From Octopus sinensis (lineage: Eukaryota): a stretch of 64,000 bases of DNA. Shown here in pieces: positions 13,462 through 26,735 of the stretch (its first letter is position 1; every line of letters begins with the position of its first letter). The notes under the pieces were generated by a model that did not search any database, was not told where the DNA came from, and saw nothing but the letters and a program-made list of their open reading frames with translations. The stretch lies in NCBI RefSeq assembly GCF_006345805.1, contig NC_043020.1, positions 28,706,001 through 28,770,000 on the forward strand, in the 5' to 3' direction. The translations under genes were made by a program, and so were the position numbers.

Positions 13462-16400
13462 ATGAGAGAAATACCGAAACACTAAAATGCCTGACATTAA
13501 ATACGTTAGCATCAATTCAGTGATGCCAAACCGTCTGTGCAAAAAAACATCTTATACCTCAAATGGAATGCTGTTTGTGAATGGGTCTGTCCCATCAGAA
13601 TAGGGTTATCAGTGTTATGGTTGCAATCCTCTCCTTCCACACTGACTATTGGCAAGTAGTTTCCCTTCATCTTGTTATCTATTCATAGTTTGGTTGATTG
13701 TCATACAGTGTCTCTTCTTATTTCTCGTTTATTTCTTCATTTGTGTCTCAACATTTTCTTCACAGTTTTACTTTCGTTTTTCTCCTTGTCACGACTAACC
13801 TCTAATTACTTGCTAGCCTACCTGCCAAGTAGGAGCTTCATCTTCCTAATTCTATAACTGAATGCATCCAGCATCTGCGTTCTGTACGTAGTTCCACTTT
13901 ACTGAGCACAACAGCATTCGTCACATACCCAAAGTTACCTGGGTAGCATTTCAATTATCACAACCCTCTCTCGTGATTATTTTCTGTTCTGCTCTGCTCT
14001 ATTTTCATAAGCATGGCTGAGTGGTTAAGAAGCTCACTTCTCAATCATATGGTTCTGGGTTCAGTCCCACTGCATGGTACCTTTTGGCAAGTGCCTTCTA
14101 CTGTGGCCCAAGGTCAGCTAATGCCTTGTGAGTGTATTTGGAAGAATGAAATTGTGTGGAAGCCTATCATGTGTGTGTGTGTGTGTGTGTATGTGTTTGT
14201 GTTTATATGGTTTATTTTACAGTATTTTGTTCACACAAAAGTCAAAAATAAAGTTTGTTTACTTAGAAAAAAATTCCTTATTAATTTTTGGCAGAGGAGT
14301 CATAGTTTGTGAAAATGGGGGAAATGTTTCTCAGGGTATTGTTGCTTAAGCATAAATTATCCTAATTTTCATAATTTCTAATTTTGGCCGTTGCGGAAAG
14401 GAAAAGGTTTTTTTTCTTCTTCTTTTTTGCAAGAGAGAAATAGAAAAAAATTTAGCTGGTTAAAAGTACTGGGACATGGACTCCTCAAGGGAGCAAATAT
14501 TCAGTAATATCGAAAACCTAAATCTGCTTCAGAGAAACAGCAGCATCCCTTGTCCGATAAATGATTTCCCCCCTCTGCAACATTTTAAGGCCTTTAGATC
14601 TTGTTAGTTTTCACACAAGTGGCCAATTAAAAACTTGCATTCCAGAACCTCCCTTTTTTAGGCCAGAGTGACTCAATAATGTTTTCAAAATGGCCAGGAA
14701 GAGCACCCGGCCGTAGAAACAAAGCCAAAACAGGCAATTGGGGTCTGGTGCGGCTCCTGTTAAACCGTCCAACCCATGCCAGCATGGAAAAGAGATGTTA
14801 AATGGTGATGATGATGTGTAAGTGGCTGAGACAACAGCACTGGTCATTGAATGGGACACTGGTCCATTACAGGGTTAGCGTCCCGGCTGAGTAGACTGAA
14901 GCAACAGGAAATGAAGGGTCTTGCTCAAGAACACAATGCATTGCCCAATCTGGGAACTGAAATCAAGACCTTATAATTATAGGTCCAACACTCCAACCAC
15001 CTGGCTATGGCCACACACCTTCACAAATAATTAAGTTTACACAAATGACATATAAACAATTTTTTTTACAAAAACTGATTTCCTTGGTTATCTGAAAAGT
15101 AAAAGTAAGAATAAAATGTTTATTAAAAAAAAAAGCAAAAAAAAAAAACCCAACTAAAGTTGCTTTATTCAGAGAAGTAAGAAAGTCATTGGGTTAGTAT
15201 TTACTTAGCCAGAAGAGAACAAGTTTATTCCAATTGCACTAACATGCCAACCTGTATGTACTAACAGAACAAGTCAAGGCAGAGTAGATCAGTGGTCAAC
15301 TGAAATTATTATTACAACCATTTCTGATATGTAACTGTGAAGAGATCTTCATTCACTTCAAATAAACTAGTCTCCAGGACTCAATACAATCGGTGGTTGA
15401 ATGAACCGTGTGTGAAGAAGGATATTTACAAACAGGGCTAAACTGGAGGAAAATCTGTGCAAAGTGAAGAGGAGGGAGTGGACGGCAGGCAATTATAGAA
15501 GCAGTTTTGACAGGTGGTTAACTAGTTTGTCAGGTGAAAAAGAAAAACAAAACAGGAAACAAAAGTGAACAGCTGGTAATATACAATGAAAGACTAGAGA
15601 AGCTCCAGGCCAAAAAAAAGAAAGAAAAAAAAGCCTAATGTTTTATAAATAGAATGATAAGAATATAAGAGTAGTTTTTTTAGAAAGAGTTAGGGTGATT
15701 ATGAAGGAAGGAAGGCAAGAGTGAAAGTAGATGGATGCTGAAAAGAGAAGTGTGTCTGAGTTTGCAGATCTTCTCAGTATGTAGAGACTGATAAATAAAT
15801 GCCTCTGGGCATTTCCCCCCTTGCCCCACCATCCTGATTTAGACTTAAGGCCAGTCATTTTGATTATACTGACCCTCCCCCCCACCAATATTTGATTTGA
15901 CGTGTACTTTATTTGCAACCCTGGGGAAGTGATGGCAAAGTTGTCCCCAGCAGGATTTGAACTCAGAATGTATGATTCAAAAGGAAATACCACAGGACGT
16001 CTTACCCAACGCCTTACCAATTCTGTCAATCCTAATACTAATTGATCCTAACGAAATACCGATTCGTCTCCATATATATTTATCAAATATCTATAAAACC
16101 AGAATAATTATACTTAAATATGTATGAAGTTCATCTTTATTTTACATGGCAGTCGACACCTACAAGCTTTAAATACAAGTCTAACACAGAGTTAGCCAAA
16201 ATAATACTTTCTAATTTTCACACAAGGCCAGCAATTTTAGGAGGAGAGAGTTAGTCAATTATATTACTCCCCGGTGCTCAACTGGTACTTATTTTATTGA
16301 TCTTGAAAGGATGAAAGGCAAAATGGACCTTTTGGGTAGAAACACATGCACACACACAGAGTGATGAGGAACAAAGGAAAGAGTACTTAATGCCAGGAGG

Positions 16401-16758
16401 TGGAGTATAAATTATTATTTATTGTGTAAACTACAGCCATGTTGCCGTACTGATACTCAGGGTTTCTTACTAGTTGAGTGAACCAACTCGTATTTCATTC
16501 AATCAGATCCGACTACAAACCAAGATTTGGCTGGATATCAAAATGGCTGATGAAAGCACAGATCTCGTGTGGGAGAGGATATTAAAATTTTACTCTTTTT
16601 TTTTCCTTTCCAAAATAAAGTTTCGTAGCTCACAAGGAACAACATTCAGTGAGAGTTTTATTGTTTTATTTCTTCCCCCTAATTGCCCCTTAACTGAATT
16701 GCAAACACCATTATGGCAACTTTAGAATCACATGCACAGCAATTCTACAATTTATAAC

Positions 16759-16791
<33 letters not shown>

Positions 16792-18928
16792 TAATTGCAA
16801 CACTTACACAATAAATGCAGAGAAGTGCAAACACAATTAACAGCTGCACAATTAACAACAGAAAAATGGCCTTGTGTTGAAGTGCTATGGACTTGTTTTT
16901 CATTTGTTTTTTAAAGTCCATTTTCCCCCATTTCCTCATGGGCTGGACAGAGAAAGAGAGAGAGAGAGAGCGAGAGAGAGAAAGGAAAAGAATGAGAAAA
17001 AATGTTCAAACGATTAATGTCAAGTATGTCAATATTTAATGTCGAATGTGTTAATGTCAAGTCAGCAATGTCAAAGTGTCTCAGACCCATGCAAGGGTCT
17101 GAGACCCTGCACTATCCACAGATACTGAAAGATGAGTGCAGCTCACGGAACTGCACCAAACAGAGTATAGAGCAAACTTAACAATTTGGCATTAAACTGG
17201 GCCCATCAAACCCAAATATTCTGCCCAGTCTATGTTCAAACCAGCCAGATCCAGCCTTTCAACCCTACCCTACAATATCATTCTAAAAATAAACGATCAC
17301 ATCATCAAACTCTTGAAGCTGTGAGATAATGCAAGATTAATTCAAGACAATGTGAATAAATAAGAATTGCATTTGGACAAAGTAATCTGAATGCTAAAGA
17401 GTTAAAGACACCAGAGAGATGAATTACATATACATTATAAAAATGACTAGAAACATACCAGAAACCAAGCCACGGTTCACAGCACTTCACCATAATGTCA
17501 TTTTGCTGGTATTTATTGAGAATGCACTTTTTTGTAGTTTTTGTGTGCGAGGGAGACTTTTCAAGTCACCATTTGATCTTCTTCACACAGAATTTCAGAA
17601 AATTCATTCATGATAAAAATAAAATACTTCCTTATCATTTCTCTATTATAAACAGCTTTAAAGAGTTTCTATGCAGACTGTCACACAGGTCAAAACACGA
17701 TTTTTACTTGTACCAACTTTCTGTTGGTTTGTTGGTTTCTTTCTTTCTTTCTTTAAACAGTTTATCCCACTTTTATTCCATGCTCAAGACATCGTGTGGG
17801 ATGGATGAGAAGTAGAGAAAAGAATTTTATATATATACATATCTTTTATCATTTGTTTCGGTCATTTGACTGTGGCCATGCTGGGGCACTGCCTTGAAGG
17901 TTTTTAATCAAACAAATTAACCCCAGGACTTATTCTTTTTAACCCTTTCGTTACTGTATTTATTTTGAGATGCTCTGTGTTTCTTTCAATTACTTTAAAT
18001 ATAACAAAGAATTTAGTAAAATAACTTAGTTATCATTAAGCTAGTGTTAGTAACATAAATTGTGACTAAGGTTTGGTGGAAGATTTTAATTCAAAACTTA
18101 TGAAAACAAGACGTGCTACAGGACCAGAGCCGGTTTCAGCCGGGTTGGTATCAAAAGGGTTAAGCTTAGTACTTATTCTAGCAGTCTCTTTTGCTGAAAC
18201 GCTAAGTTACAGGGATGCAAACACACCAACACCAGTTGTCAAACAGTGGTGGGCGACAAACACACATAGATGTATACGTGAGTGTAAAAAAATAATGTGT
18301 TTTGAATGACACAACAATGAACTTCAATAACAACAACGGATTATAATAGCTGTTGCAATTTAATCATCCATAGTCTGATATCACTTGAAGCATTGAGTAT
18401 TGTTTGTAAAAAATAATAAAGCGTTTTCAATGGCACAAAAATGCCTTATAACAATGGTTGACGTGACTGCATTTTATTCCAGGGAATTTCTGTATGTGCT
18501 CATGGAGTTGGTGGTGTTGATGGTGTATCATTTTTCTGATGACAAACGTATGAATTTCAGTGATTGTCGAAGGGTAAGGCTGCGGAAGCATGTGGGTAGA
18601 TGTATGTTCCTAATGGCGTTGGGAATTATGTTGCTTTTTAGGCAGCATTTAAGAAAGTTTATTTGGCATCTGACTTTAGCATGTTTCTCTGATAGCTTGA
18701 TCAACCAACTCCCTGGCAGTTGCAAACTCGGCCTGGCCCAGGCGTAGAGATAGGAAGAGTAGTGTAGTTGACATGACGCTGCATTTTATTCCAGAGAATT
18801 TGCCTATGTGCTCAAGGAGTTGGTGGTGCAGAAGGTGTATGACTTTTCTGATGACGAACATATGTATTTCAGTGATCGTCAAAGGGTATTGTAGGTAGCG
18901 TTTAAGAAAGTTTATTTGGCATCCAAGT

Positions 18929-18973
<45 letters not shown>

Positions 18974-20248
18974 GCTTCTTTCAGTTTCTGTCTACCAAAG
19001 CCACTCACAAGGCTTTGGTCAGCTCAAGGCTTTAGTAGAAGACATTTGCCCAAGGTGCCATGCAGTGAGATTGAACTAAGAACTATGTGGTGGGGAAGCA
19101 AGCTTCTTACCACACAGCCATGCTGTGCCTATAATATATACATACATATAAATAGATACATGTATACATATACACACATTATTACAGTTAATCCAAACAA
19201 GAAAGCACAAAAAAACTCAACAACGCGAGGACGTGGAACAAATATAGTATTATTGGACGCTCAGGAGAGAAGGAAAGAAGGAGGGTTTAATGTTTCGAGC
19301 GGAGCTCTTCGTCAGAAACATAGGAGAAGGAAAGATCCAGAGAAGAGAAGACAGAGGAAAAAAAAAATTGCCAATGGTACACACGAGGTCACATTTTGAC
19401 ACATTATTACACCTGTATTTTTATTTACCCGTAGCCATGAACTTTTCAGCACCTCCTCATACTGCCCTGCTCGTTAGACAGTTAAAAACCATTTTGATAT
19501 AAATAGAAAATAATTGCAGTTAAACAACTCATTTGCTGAATATGACAATTCACTTGGAATTGATAACAGTTTTTGTCCAATACATCATCCTGTCCCATCC
19601 TGTCCTGTTTTTGTCCCATACATCATCGTCAATGATGTCTCCTAGAGTCATTAGTCATTAAGTGTTTCAGGTCTTACAGCAATCAGACACCCTCACCCAG
19701 GGCCGACTGAGCCCCCAGCTTGTGTCCAGTTGGCACAACCGCTGGTAGCACTTCCCATTCCATGGTTCACACCCCTGGATCCACCTCGAGTCAACTTCTG
19801 CTGCCTCCACCACCAGCCTCTACTTCCTTCCACCTACAGACCCTCGTGATGCACAGCATGTTGCAAGCCCTGCAGAGTGAGGGTTCTACAAACCCTCTCC
19901 ATGTTGGGAGACTCCGACAGCAGCAAACTTCCTCTAATACGGTTGATCAGCCATAGTTCTTCCTGTTCTTCTTCAAAAAGGTGGCTGTGCATTTGAAGTC
20001 TTCTGGGAATGTCCGTACAGTACCAGGGTGGTTTCAGAGCCAGCCTGCTTCCTTTCCCCATTTTCTTTCTTCTGATATCCATGTCCCTACAGTCTTTACC
20101 TGCTGTGTGGCTGGCAGGAACAAAATGTGGCCTGCCAGGTAAAACTGGTGCAGTGCTACAATATTTTGTAGCAGGTGGGATTTGCCTTGCTTATGTTACA
20201 TCAGAGATGCATTTCATATATTATACATGTATTATATATATATATATG

Positions 20249-20313
<65 letters not shown>

Positions 20314-21645
20314 TATAGGATAAAATTTTTTTCGGGAAAAAAATTTCATCAATGGCCAGCATATCAAAAAATGCCTTTAAAGGTAAAATTTATACATAAT
20401 TTACAAGATAAGGGCAGAAGAAAAATTCTAATGCCAAATATGCCGAAACAAAAAATTGTCGATAACCATTAAATTTATGCGTCTCGAAACAAACCGATAG
20501 AAATCTCTAAAAAATTCGTTATTACCGTATTGGTCCAATTTCGGGGTTAATTCATAAGAAATTTTCCCCTCTATATATATATATATATATATATATAGGT
20601 GCAGGAGTGGCTGTGTGGTAAGTAGCTTGCTTACCAATCATATGCTTCCAGGTTCAGTTCCACTGTGTGGCACCTTGGGTAAGTGTCTTCTACTATAGCC
20701 TCAGGCTGACCAAAGCTTTGTGAGTGGATTTGGTAGACAGAAACTGGAAGACGCTCGTTGTGTATGTGTATACACACACACACATGTATGTGCACATATG
20801 TTTGTGTGTCTGTATATATATGATCATATATATATCATCATTGTTTAACATCCGTTTTCCATGCTAGCATGGGTTTGACCAGAGTCTGGTAGCCAGGGGC
20901 TGCACCAGTCTGATCTGGCAGTGTTTCTACAGCTGGATGCCCTTCCTAACGCCAACAACTCTGTGAGTGTAGTGGGTGCTTTTTACATGCCAGGGGAGGC
21001 TGGCAACGACCACGATTGGTTGGTGCTTTTTACGTGCCACCAGCACGGAAGCCAGTCAAGGCGGTACTGGCATATATATATATATATATATACACATACA
21101 CACACACACACATACACAGATGTTCTTTTAGTTTCTATCTACCAAATTCACTTACAAGGTTGTAGTCAATCCAGGTACATAGTAGAAGACAACCAAAATT
21201 CCACAGAGTGAAACCAAAACCAAAATCATATGGTTGAAAAGCAAACTTTTTAGGCCATGCATAAACACACACACACCCATATATATTGCTCTACATATGA
21301 CTATGTAGTTATGTGTGTGACTATGTCAACGTTTCCAAGTATGTAGTTTCAAGGCTCAGCCAATTAATAAAACGAATCTATCAACATCCTGAGCTCTGGT
21401 ATGTTTACAATGTTGACATTTTATGAAGTTCAGAGCTGCTGTAATTTGCAGAAAACCACTCGGCAATAAAAATTTCAAATCAGCTAATCATAAAATGTCA
21501 GTGTTCTGAAGATGTAGGAACGATTACATATATATATATATATATCATCATCATCATCATCATCATTTAGCGTCCGCTTTCCATGCTAGCATGGGTTGGA
21601 CGGTTCAACTGGGGTCTGTGAAGCCAGAAAGCTGCATCAGGCCCA

Positions 21646-21682
<37 letters not shown>

Positions 21683-23879
21683 CATACACACATGCATTTT
21701 ATAAATACTTGATATATATACATACAAGTATCTTATAAAGACTGCATGTATTATATCAGACATTATATATACATACATACAGATGTATATATAAGAGGTC
21801 TGCTCTTGTTGGAGACACTCCTATGGCAGCAAACTTCCTCTAATGTGGTTGACCTGCCATTGTTCTTTCTTCCTATTCAAAAGGCAGTAGTGCATTTGAT
21901 GTCATCTGGGAATGTCTGCCTAGTACCAGGGGTTTTCGAGCCAGCCTGTGTCCTTTCCTATTTCCTTTCTTCCGATATCCATGTCATTGCAGCCCTTATT
22001 TGCAGTGTGGCTGGCAGGAGCAAAATGTGGTCTGCCAAGTGAAACTGATGCAGGTCTACAATATTTTGTAGCCGGTGGGATTTGCCTTGCAGAAGGATTT
22101 ACTCGTGTGTAGTTCTATCTTCTCAGCTGAGTTTGAAGGATCTTTTGTAGACATTACTGGTGAAATATTTCTAGCTTCTTGGTCACCTTTTGCCAGCATT
22201 TACCATTTGTTGCCATACAAAGCCATTAGCACTACAGAGCCTGACTTTCATGCTAATACCAATGCATGTTATTACTCAGATTTGGCAAATATGCAGGAAT
22301 GCAGTTCCTTCTTTGCCAATTCTATTACTCACATCATTTGCTACGCTTCTAGAACTACCAACCAACTACACTGTCCCGGTCAGAGAAACTGGCCACATCT
22401 TCCAAAATCTGCATCACCTTAGTTTTTACACAGTTAAAGTCTGAGACCAATCTTTCTTGCTTATTCTTTGATAGTTAGTTCTTGCAGGCCAGGTCTTGTT
22501 TCTGCTAAAAGTCCAAAGACCATATAACAAAGCCTTTTTATTTTCATCCACCCCAAACATGCAGTAATCTCATTATTTACCCACTTTGCCACGATGTCAG
22601 CTGCAATTGGGAAGAGAGAAGGTAACAGAATGCATCCCCTTCACTAATACTGGTAACAACACGAGTCATCAGAATCTTTCCTGATACCTCAATCCAAGTT
22701 TCCATACAGGTCCTTTGGAAAATGTTGAAAGACTGCAGTGGGCTACCATATGCATGGGCAATCTTCCGTAGCAATTTCCAGAAGACACTGACAAAATTCT
22801 GTTTGAAGCTAATGAAATTGATTGACAGGGGTCTACCTGAATGCTATGCCATGAGGTTTCTCAGGGTAAAAAAAAAAATATATATATATATAGGCGTTAG
22901 GAAGGGCATCTAGCCATAGAAACCTTGTCAAATCAGATCGGAACCTGGTGCAGCCCCCAGCTTACCAGTTTTCAGTTAAACCGTCCAACCCATGCCAGCA
23001 TAGAAAGCAGATGTTAAATGATGATAATAATGATGTATATATATATAAGTATTTATTATACACCTTTTTTATGTATTTTTTTACCCATTATATACATATA
23101 CAAACATACGTATGTATTGTAAGTATGCATAAAATGCACATAATTTGTGTGTATGTGCATATACATATGTGTATGTATATGTGTGTATGTATATATGTGT
23201 GTATGTATATATGTGTGTACTTCTATTGGCTTTCTTCTTTACCCATTCTATCTTTAAATTTCGCTGTATTATGATTTTGAAAGTTTGAAATGTTTGCTAC
23301 CAATCTTTCCACCCTGAAGACGGAGGCCGTATTTACCGTAATGTTTATATGCATCCCATATTCGTTGCATAATCTTGACATTGTGTGAACTCCATCTTAC
23401 ATAATTCCGACCCCCACCGACCCATCCACCCAACAGCAGTCGGATCTGCAACACCAGACCCTTTTCCCCTCAGCTGTCCAGGTCTTTGCACCCTGTAAAC
23501 CTGCTCTGTTAATATATAAACATCTTTATATTTACTCATGAATATTCCCTTTCGCTGAATATCTTCAGCTTTTGTTTGTCTCCATTCGCATGTACATATG
23601 TATGTATATTTTATATATCAAGCCCAAGCTTGTTTATTTACAGCATTATCTCTGCTTGTATGTGTGTGTGTGTGTGTGTGTATGTATTATATATATATAT
23701 AATATATTCTTAAATATACATATACTTAAGGGTTAGGGTTACGCCGAAAACGGGTGGTGTGTGTGTATTCTTTACCTCCGCCGTATATATATGTGTGGCA
23801 GGAAGTGGTAAGCTTATCCGTTTTAGTCAACCGGTCTAACCCATGTCAGCATGGAAAACGGACACTAAGTGATGATGTT

Positions 23880-23910
<31 letters not shown>

Positions 23911-24546
23911 GTTTTTCTTTGTGTTAATTGTCCTGTACTCTATTTTTTTTGCTGTTTTTAAATAAATGTCCAGGTCCTTTGGTTTGTGTCTGTTTTCGTT
24001 TCTCTTTGTGTTCGACGTCCCTTTGGTGTCCTGTACTCATATATGCGTGTATATGTACATTTAGAGGTAGGTACGTACATATATGTTTATATATATGCAT
24101 ATGTTTTATTTTGTTTATTAATATATATATACATATATATATATGTATTACATACTCGTGCCGGTGTCGCGTAAAAAGCACCCGGTACACTGTGAAGTGG
24201 TCGGTGATAAGAAAAGCCTCCAGACGTAGAACCCATGCCCCCAAAAACTACACAACAGGAACTTGGGGTGGGCAGCTCCTATGAAACCGCCCAACCCATG
24301 CCGGCTTAGAAAGCGGACGTTAAATGACGACGATGATGATGATACACGCATTTTCCATTTATAAAGACGCACACAGGACTTGATTTTTTAATTTTTAAAT
24401 CATTTATGTAGGAATAAAACAACAACCAACCGGAATATGGATAAACGACGATTATATATATATATATATACATACATACATATATATATATACATACATA
24501 TATATATATATACATACATATATATATATATACATACATACATATA

Positions 24547-24580
<34 letters not shown>

Positions 24581-24858
24581 CATACATACATATATATATA
24601 CATACATATATATATATACATATGCATATACATACATATATATATACATATGTATATACATACATATATATATACATACATATATATATACATACATATA
24701 TATATACATACGTATATACATACATATATATATATACACATATGTATATACATACATATATATATACATAATATATATATACATATGTATATACATATGT
24801 ATATACATACATATGTATATATATATATATACATACATATATATACATATGTATATAC

Positions 24859-24893
<35 letters not shown>

Positions 24894-26438
24894 CATACAT
24901 ATATATATATATATATATACATATGTATATATATATATATACATATGTATATATATATATATATATACACACATGTATATACGTATCTGCATACTCAAAT
25001 GCGTGTATATATCTAAATGTGTATATACATATATATATATATTATAATAATAGTGAGGAAATGGGGAAAAAAAATTCTTGCGTGCATTTGTACCGAAAGT
25101 CTGTTGTAGAATGAACGTATTTTAGAAAGAGAGAACGATTCTGGCAAATGGTCGGATGTGTCTATCATCACTTGGAATAAAAGGAATTAAGAGGGCGTTT
25201 GGACTAACAACAGCATTATAACAGTTTTGCGTATATTTGTGTGTGTATGAGAATTCGAGATAAGAAAATGGTTGGGAGAAATATTTCGGAGGAGAGAGAG
25301 TAAGACTGCGAGAGAGAGCTAAGATAGTCGGCAAATTAGATAGAGACAGATACAGGCATAGATAGATGTAGTTAGACATGGACATACATAGATATATATA
25401 CATACATACACTCAGGAGATAGACAGAGAGATACATACATACATACACAGAGATAGATAGATACACACGTACATACATGTAGTTAGACATGGACATATAT
25501 AGATATATACATACTCAAAAGATAGACCGATAGATAGATACATACATACATACACACAGATACAGACATATATACACACACACACAAAGGTAGATACATA
25601 CGTACATACATGTAGTTAGACATGGAGATACATAGATATATACATACACTCAGAAGATAGATAGAGAGAGAGAGAGACATAGATACATACAGATAGATAT
25701 AGACAGATATATAGATACACACACACACAGCCATAAAGGTAGATAGATAGACATAGATACGTACATACAAACACACAGAATAGATAGATAGACAAGTAGG
25801 CAGATAGATAGGTAGGTAGATAGACAGATAAATAGATAGGTAGAAGAATAGATAGATAGGTAGAAGGATAGATAGATAGATAGGTAGAAGGATAGATAGA
25901 TAGATAGGTAGACAGACAGACAGATAGATAGATAGATAGATGGATGGATAGATAGATAGGTAGAAGGATAGATAGATAGATAGGTAGAAGGATAGATAGA
26001 TAGATAGATAGATAGACAGACAAGTAGGCAGATAGGTAGGGTGAGTAGGTATAAATGGAAAACTACGTGTTATAGGTAAACAGAAAATAGACAAGATATA
26101 GAGGCAGGTAAGACAGGTAGAGGAAAAACTAAAAGCAAATAATAACCGGAGGCCAAAGTATATTATTGAAAAGCATTGAGGAGGGATTAGTGAAAAGTTG
26201 AGAGAGTTTCACACAAAAGAGGAGATGATATAATGTGGAAGAGATTTACACTGGAAGGGTTCATGATGGGTATTAGGACATTGTATTGGGTTTATTAATT
26301 TAATATTATGAGAATGTAATATAAAAGAAAGGAACCGAAGGTGAGGAAAATGTGTTTTGGAGTGGGTGGAAGTGATAGAGACGAACAAGAAGTGAGAGGA
26401 AAAAAAAAGCTATTCTTTACCTTGTACGACGTAGTCAT
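2291..26438 (-). CDS. MYCBP: c-Myc-binding protein (AMY-1) homolog, complete, 5 coding exons, 105 aa
   Basis: Exons 26421-26438, 10515-10587, 6196-6244, 4579-4708, 2291-2338 (18+73+49+130+48=318 nt), all GT-AG and phase-compatible. Protein [105 protein letters not shown] closely matches recalled human MYCBP (MAHYKAADSKREQFRRYLEKSGVLDTLTKVLVALYEEPEKPNSALDFLKHHLG). Confidence 0.96.
2476..2740 (+). mobile_element. CR1-type LINE 3' end; shorter copy at ~1333-1483
   Basis: [34 protein letters not shown]...FKVSLD is the CR1 ORF2 C-terminal signature; (TAAC)n tail. Confidence 0.85.
4579..4708 (-). CDS. MYCBP: MYCBP exon 4 (FLKQHLG...SDLKSK)
   Basis: ccctaaccag| 130 nt |gtaaga; phase 2 to 0; coiled-coil-like sequence. 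Confidence 0.96.
4709..6195 (-). other. U12-type (minor spliceosome) GT-AG intron, MYCBP intron 3
   Basis: Donor GTATCCTTTT is the U12 consensus. The 3' end (gacccttaagtgaaccctaaccag) has a CCTTAA branch motif about 15 nt from the AG and no polypyrimidine tract. Confidence 0.9.
6196..6244 (-). CDS. MYCBP: MYCBP exon 3 ([17 protein letters not shown])
   Basis: ttttctttcag| 49 nt |GTATCCTTTT (U12-type donor); phase 1 to 2. Confidence 0.96.
8286..8698. mobile_element. Same 413-bp MITE, opposite orientation
   Basis: TIR GGATCTTTTCGGTTTGAACGGCAGTTTTT; TSD CAGAAATG/GAGAAATG (7/8). A diverged half copy lies at ~49857-50055. Confidence 0.88.
10515..10587 (-). CDS. MYCBP: MYCBP exon 2 ([24 protein letters not shown])
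   Basis: ttctattttcag| 73 nt |gtgaca; phase 0 to 1. Confidence 0.96.
12579..14190. repeat. Tandem duplication, 2 x 799 bp
   Basis: Track ORFs repeat at +799 (12873/13672, 13214/14013); two substitutions seen; ends lie in (TG)n tracts. Confidence 0.95.
17943..18159. mobile_element. piggyBac-type MITE nested in a SINE
   Basis: TTAA|CCCTTTCGTTAC...GTATCAAAAGGG|TTAA; the host SINE resumes on both sides. Related older copies at ~44530-44722 and ~55838-56490. Confidence 0.85.
18310..18925 (-). mobile_element. Penelope-like element 5' ORF remnant with a ~310-nt partial direct repeat
   Basis: [23 protein letters not shown] resembles the PLE N-terminal FLxxC...IP motif; 18457-18577 repeats at 18767-18888. 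Confidence 0.55.
19185..19400 (-). mobile_element. Penelope-like terminal fragment containing a minimal hammerhead motif
   Basis: Minus strand GTTT-CTGACGA-A-GAGC-TCC-GCTC-GAAA-CA-TT-AAAC at 19285-19319. Confidence 0.6.
21800..22860 (-). mobile_element. Old RTE-clade LINE fragment; related shorter copy at ~19880-20190
   Basis: Minus-strand translation gives LADHILLLP...RAAMTWISE and RIGKG-like segments with stops; 21800-22090 aligns by eye with 19880-20190. Confidence 0.65.
24453..25045. repeat. (TA)n/(TACA)n compound microsatellite
   Basis: ~600 nt of alternating purine-pyrimidine sequence; source of the YI/YV ORFs. Confidence 0.97.
25340..26050. repeat. (GATA)n/(CATA)n compound satellite with three GTAGTTAGACATGGA-anchored units
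   Basis: Anchor at ~25368, 25479, 25612; then (GATA)n GGTAGAAG units. Confidence 0.92.
26421..26438 (-). CDS. MYCBP: MYCBP coding exon 1 (MTTSYK)
   Basis: gaaaATG ACT ACG TCG TAC AAG|gtaaag at the edge of a CpG-rich patch; equivalent to human MAHYK; phase 0. Confidence 0.85.
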
Positions 26439-26735
26439 TTTCGGGTGAGTCGGGTAGAAAAAGAAGCTTTAAGCCAGTGTAGGGTGTGGAATTGGAAAAT
26501 AGGGACAGACAGATGGATAGACAAAGAGTTAGGGACGAGCAAATTGTAAGCGAGGAGTCGGAGACGATGCGCCGCTGGTCGTCGTCGCCGTCCGTTGTTG
26601 CTAAGGACAAAGTGAGCAGGAACAGACGTGACTAACGCACATATAAACTACACAATACATGTTATCGATTAGTCAGGCCTACGCCGAGACGTGGGAGGCG
26701 CGCCACTTTTGTATTTCACCAACTTGCCTTTTCGG
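26439..26735 (-). promoter_or_regulatory. CpG-rich 5' UTR/promoter region of MYCBP
   Basis: Local CpG enrichment directly upstream of the ATG; DRE-like TATCGAT at 26663-26669; E2F-like GGCGCGCCA near 26697-26705. TSS cannot be determined from sequence. Confidence 0.5.

Noticed and set aside
20525-20572. Hammerhead-like stem II plus GAAA on the minus strand (GGGG...CCCCGAAATTGGAC)
   Set aside because: The CUGANGA half is replaced by (TA)n; at most a truncated PLE relic.
24306-26094. Long ORFs of 124-230 aa (YIYI, YLSI)
   Set aside because: Translations of (TA)n/(GATA)n microsatellites.
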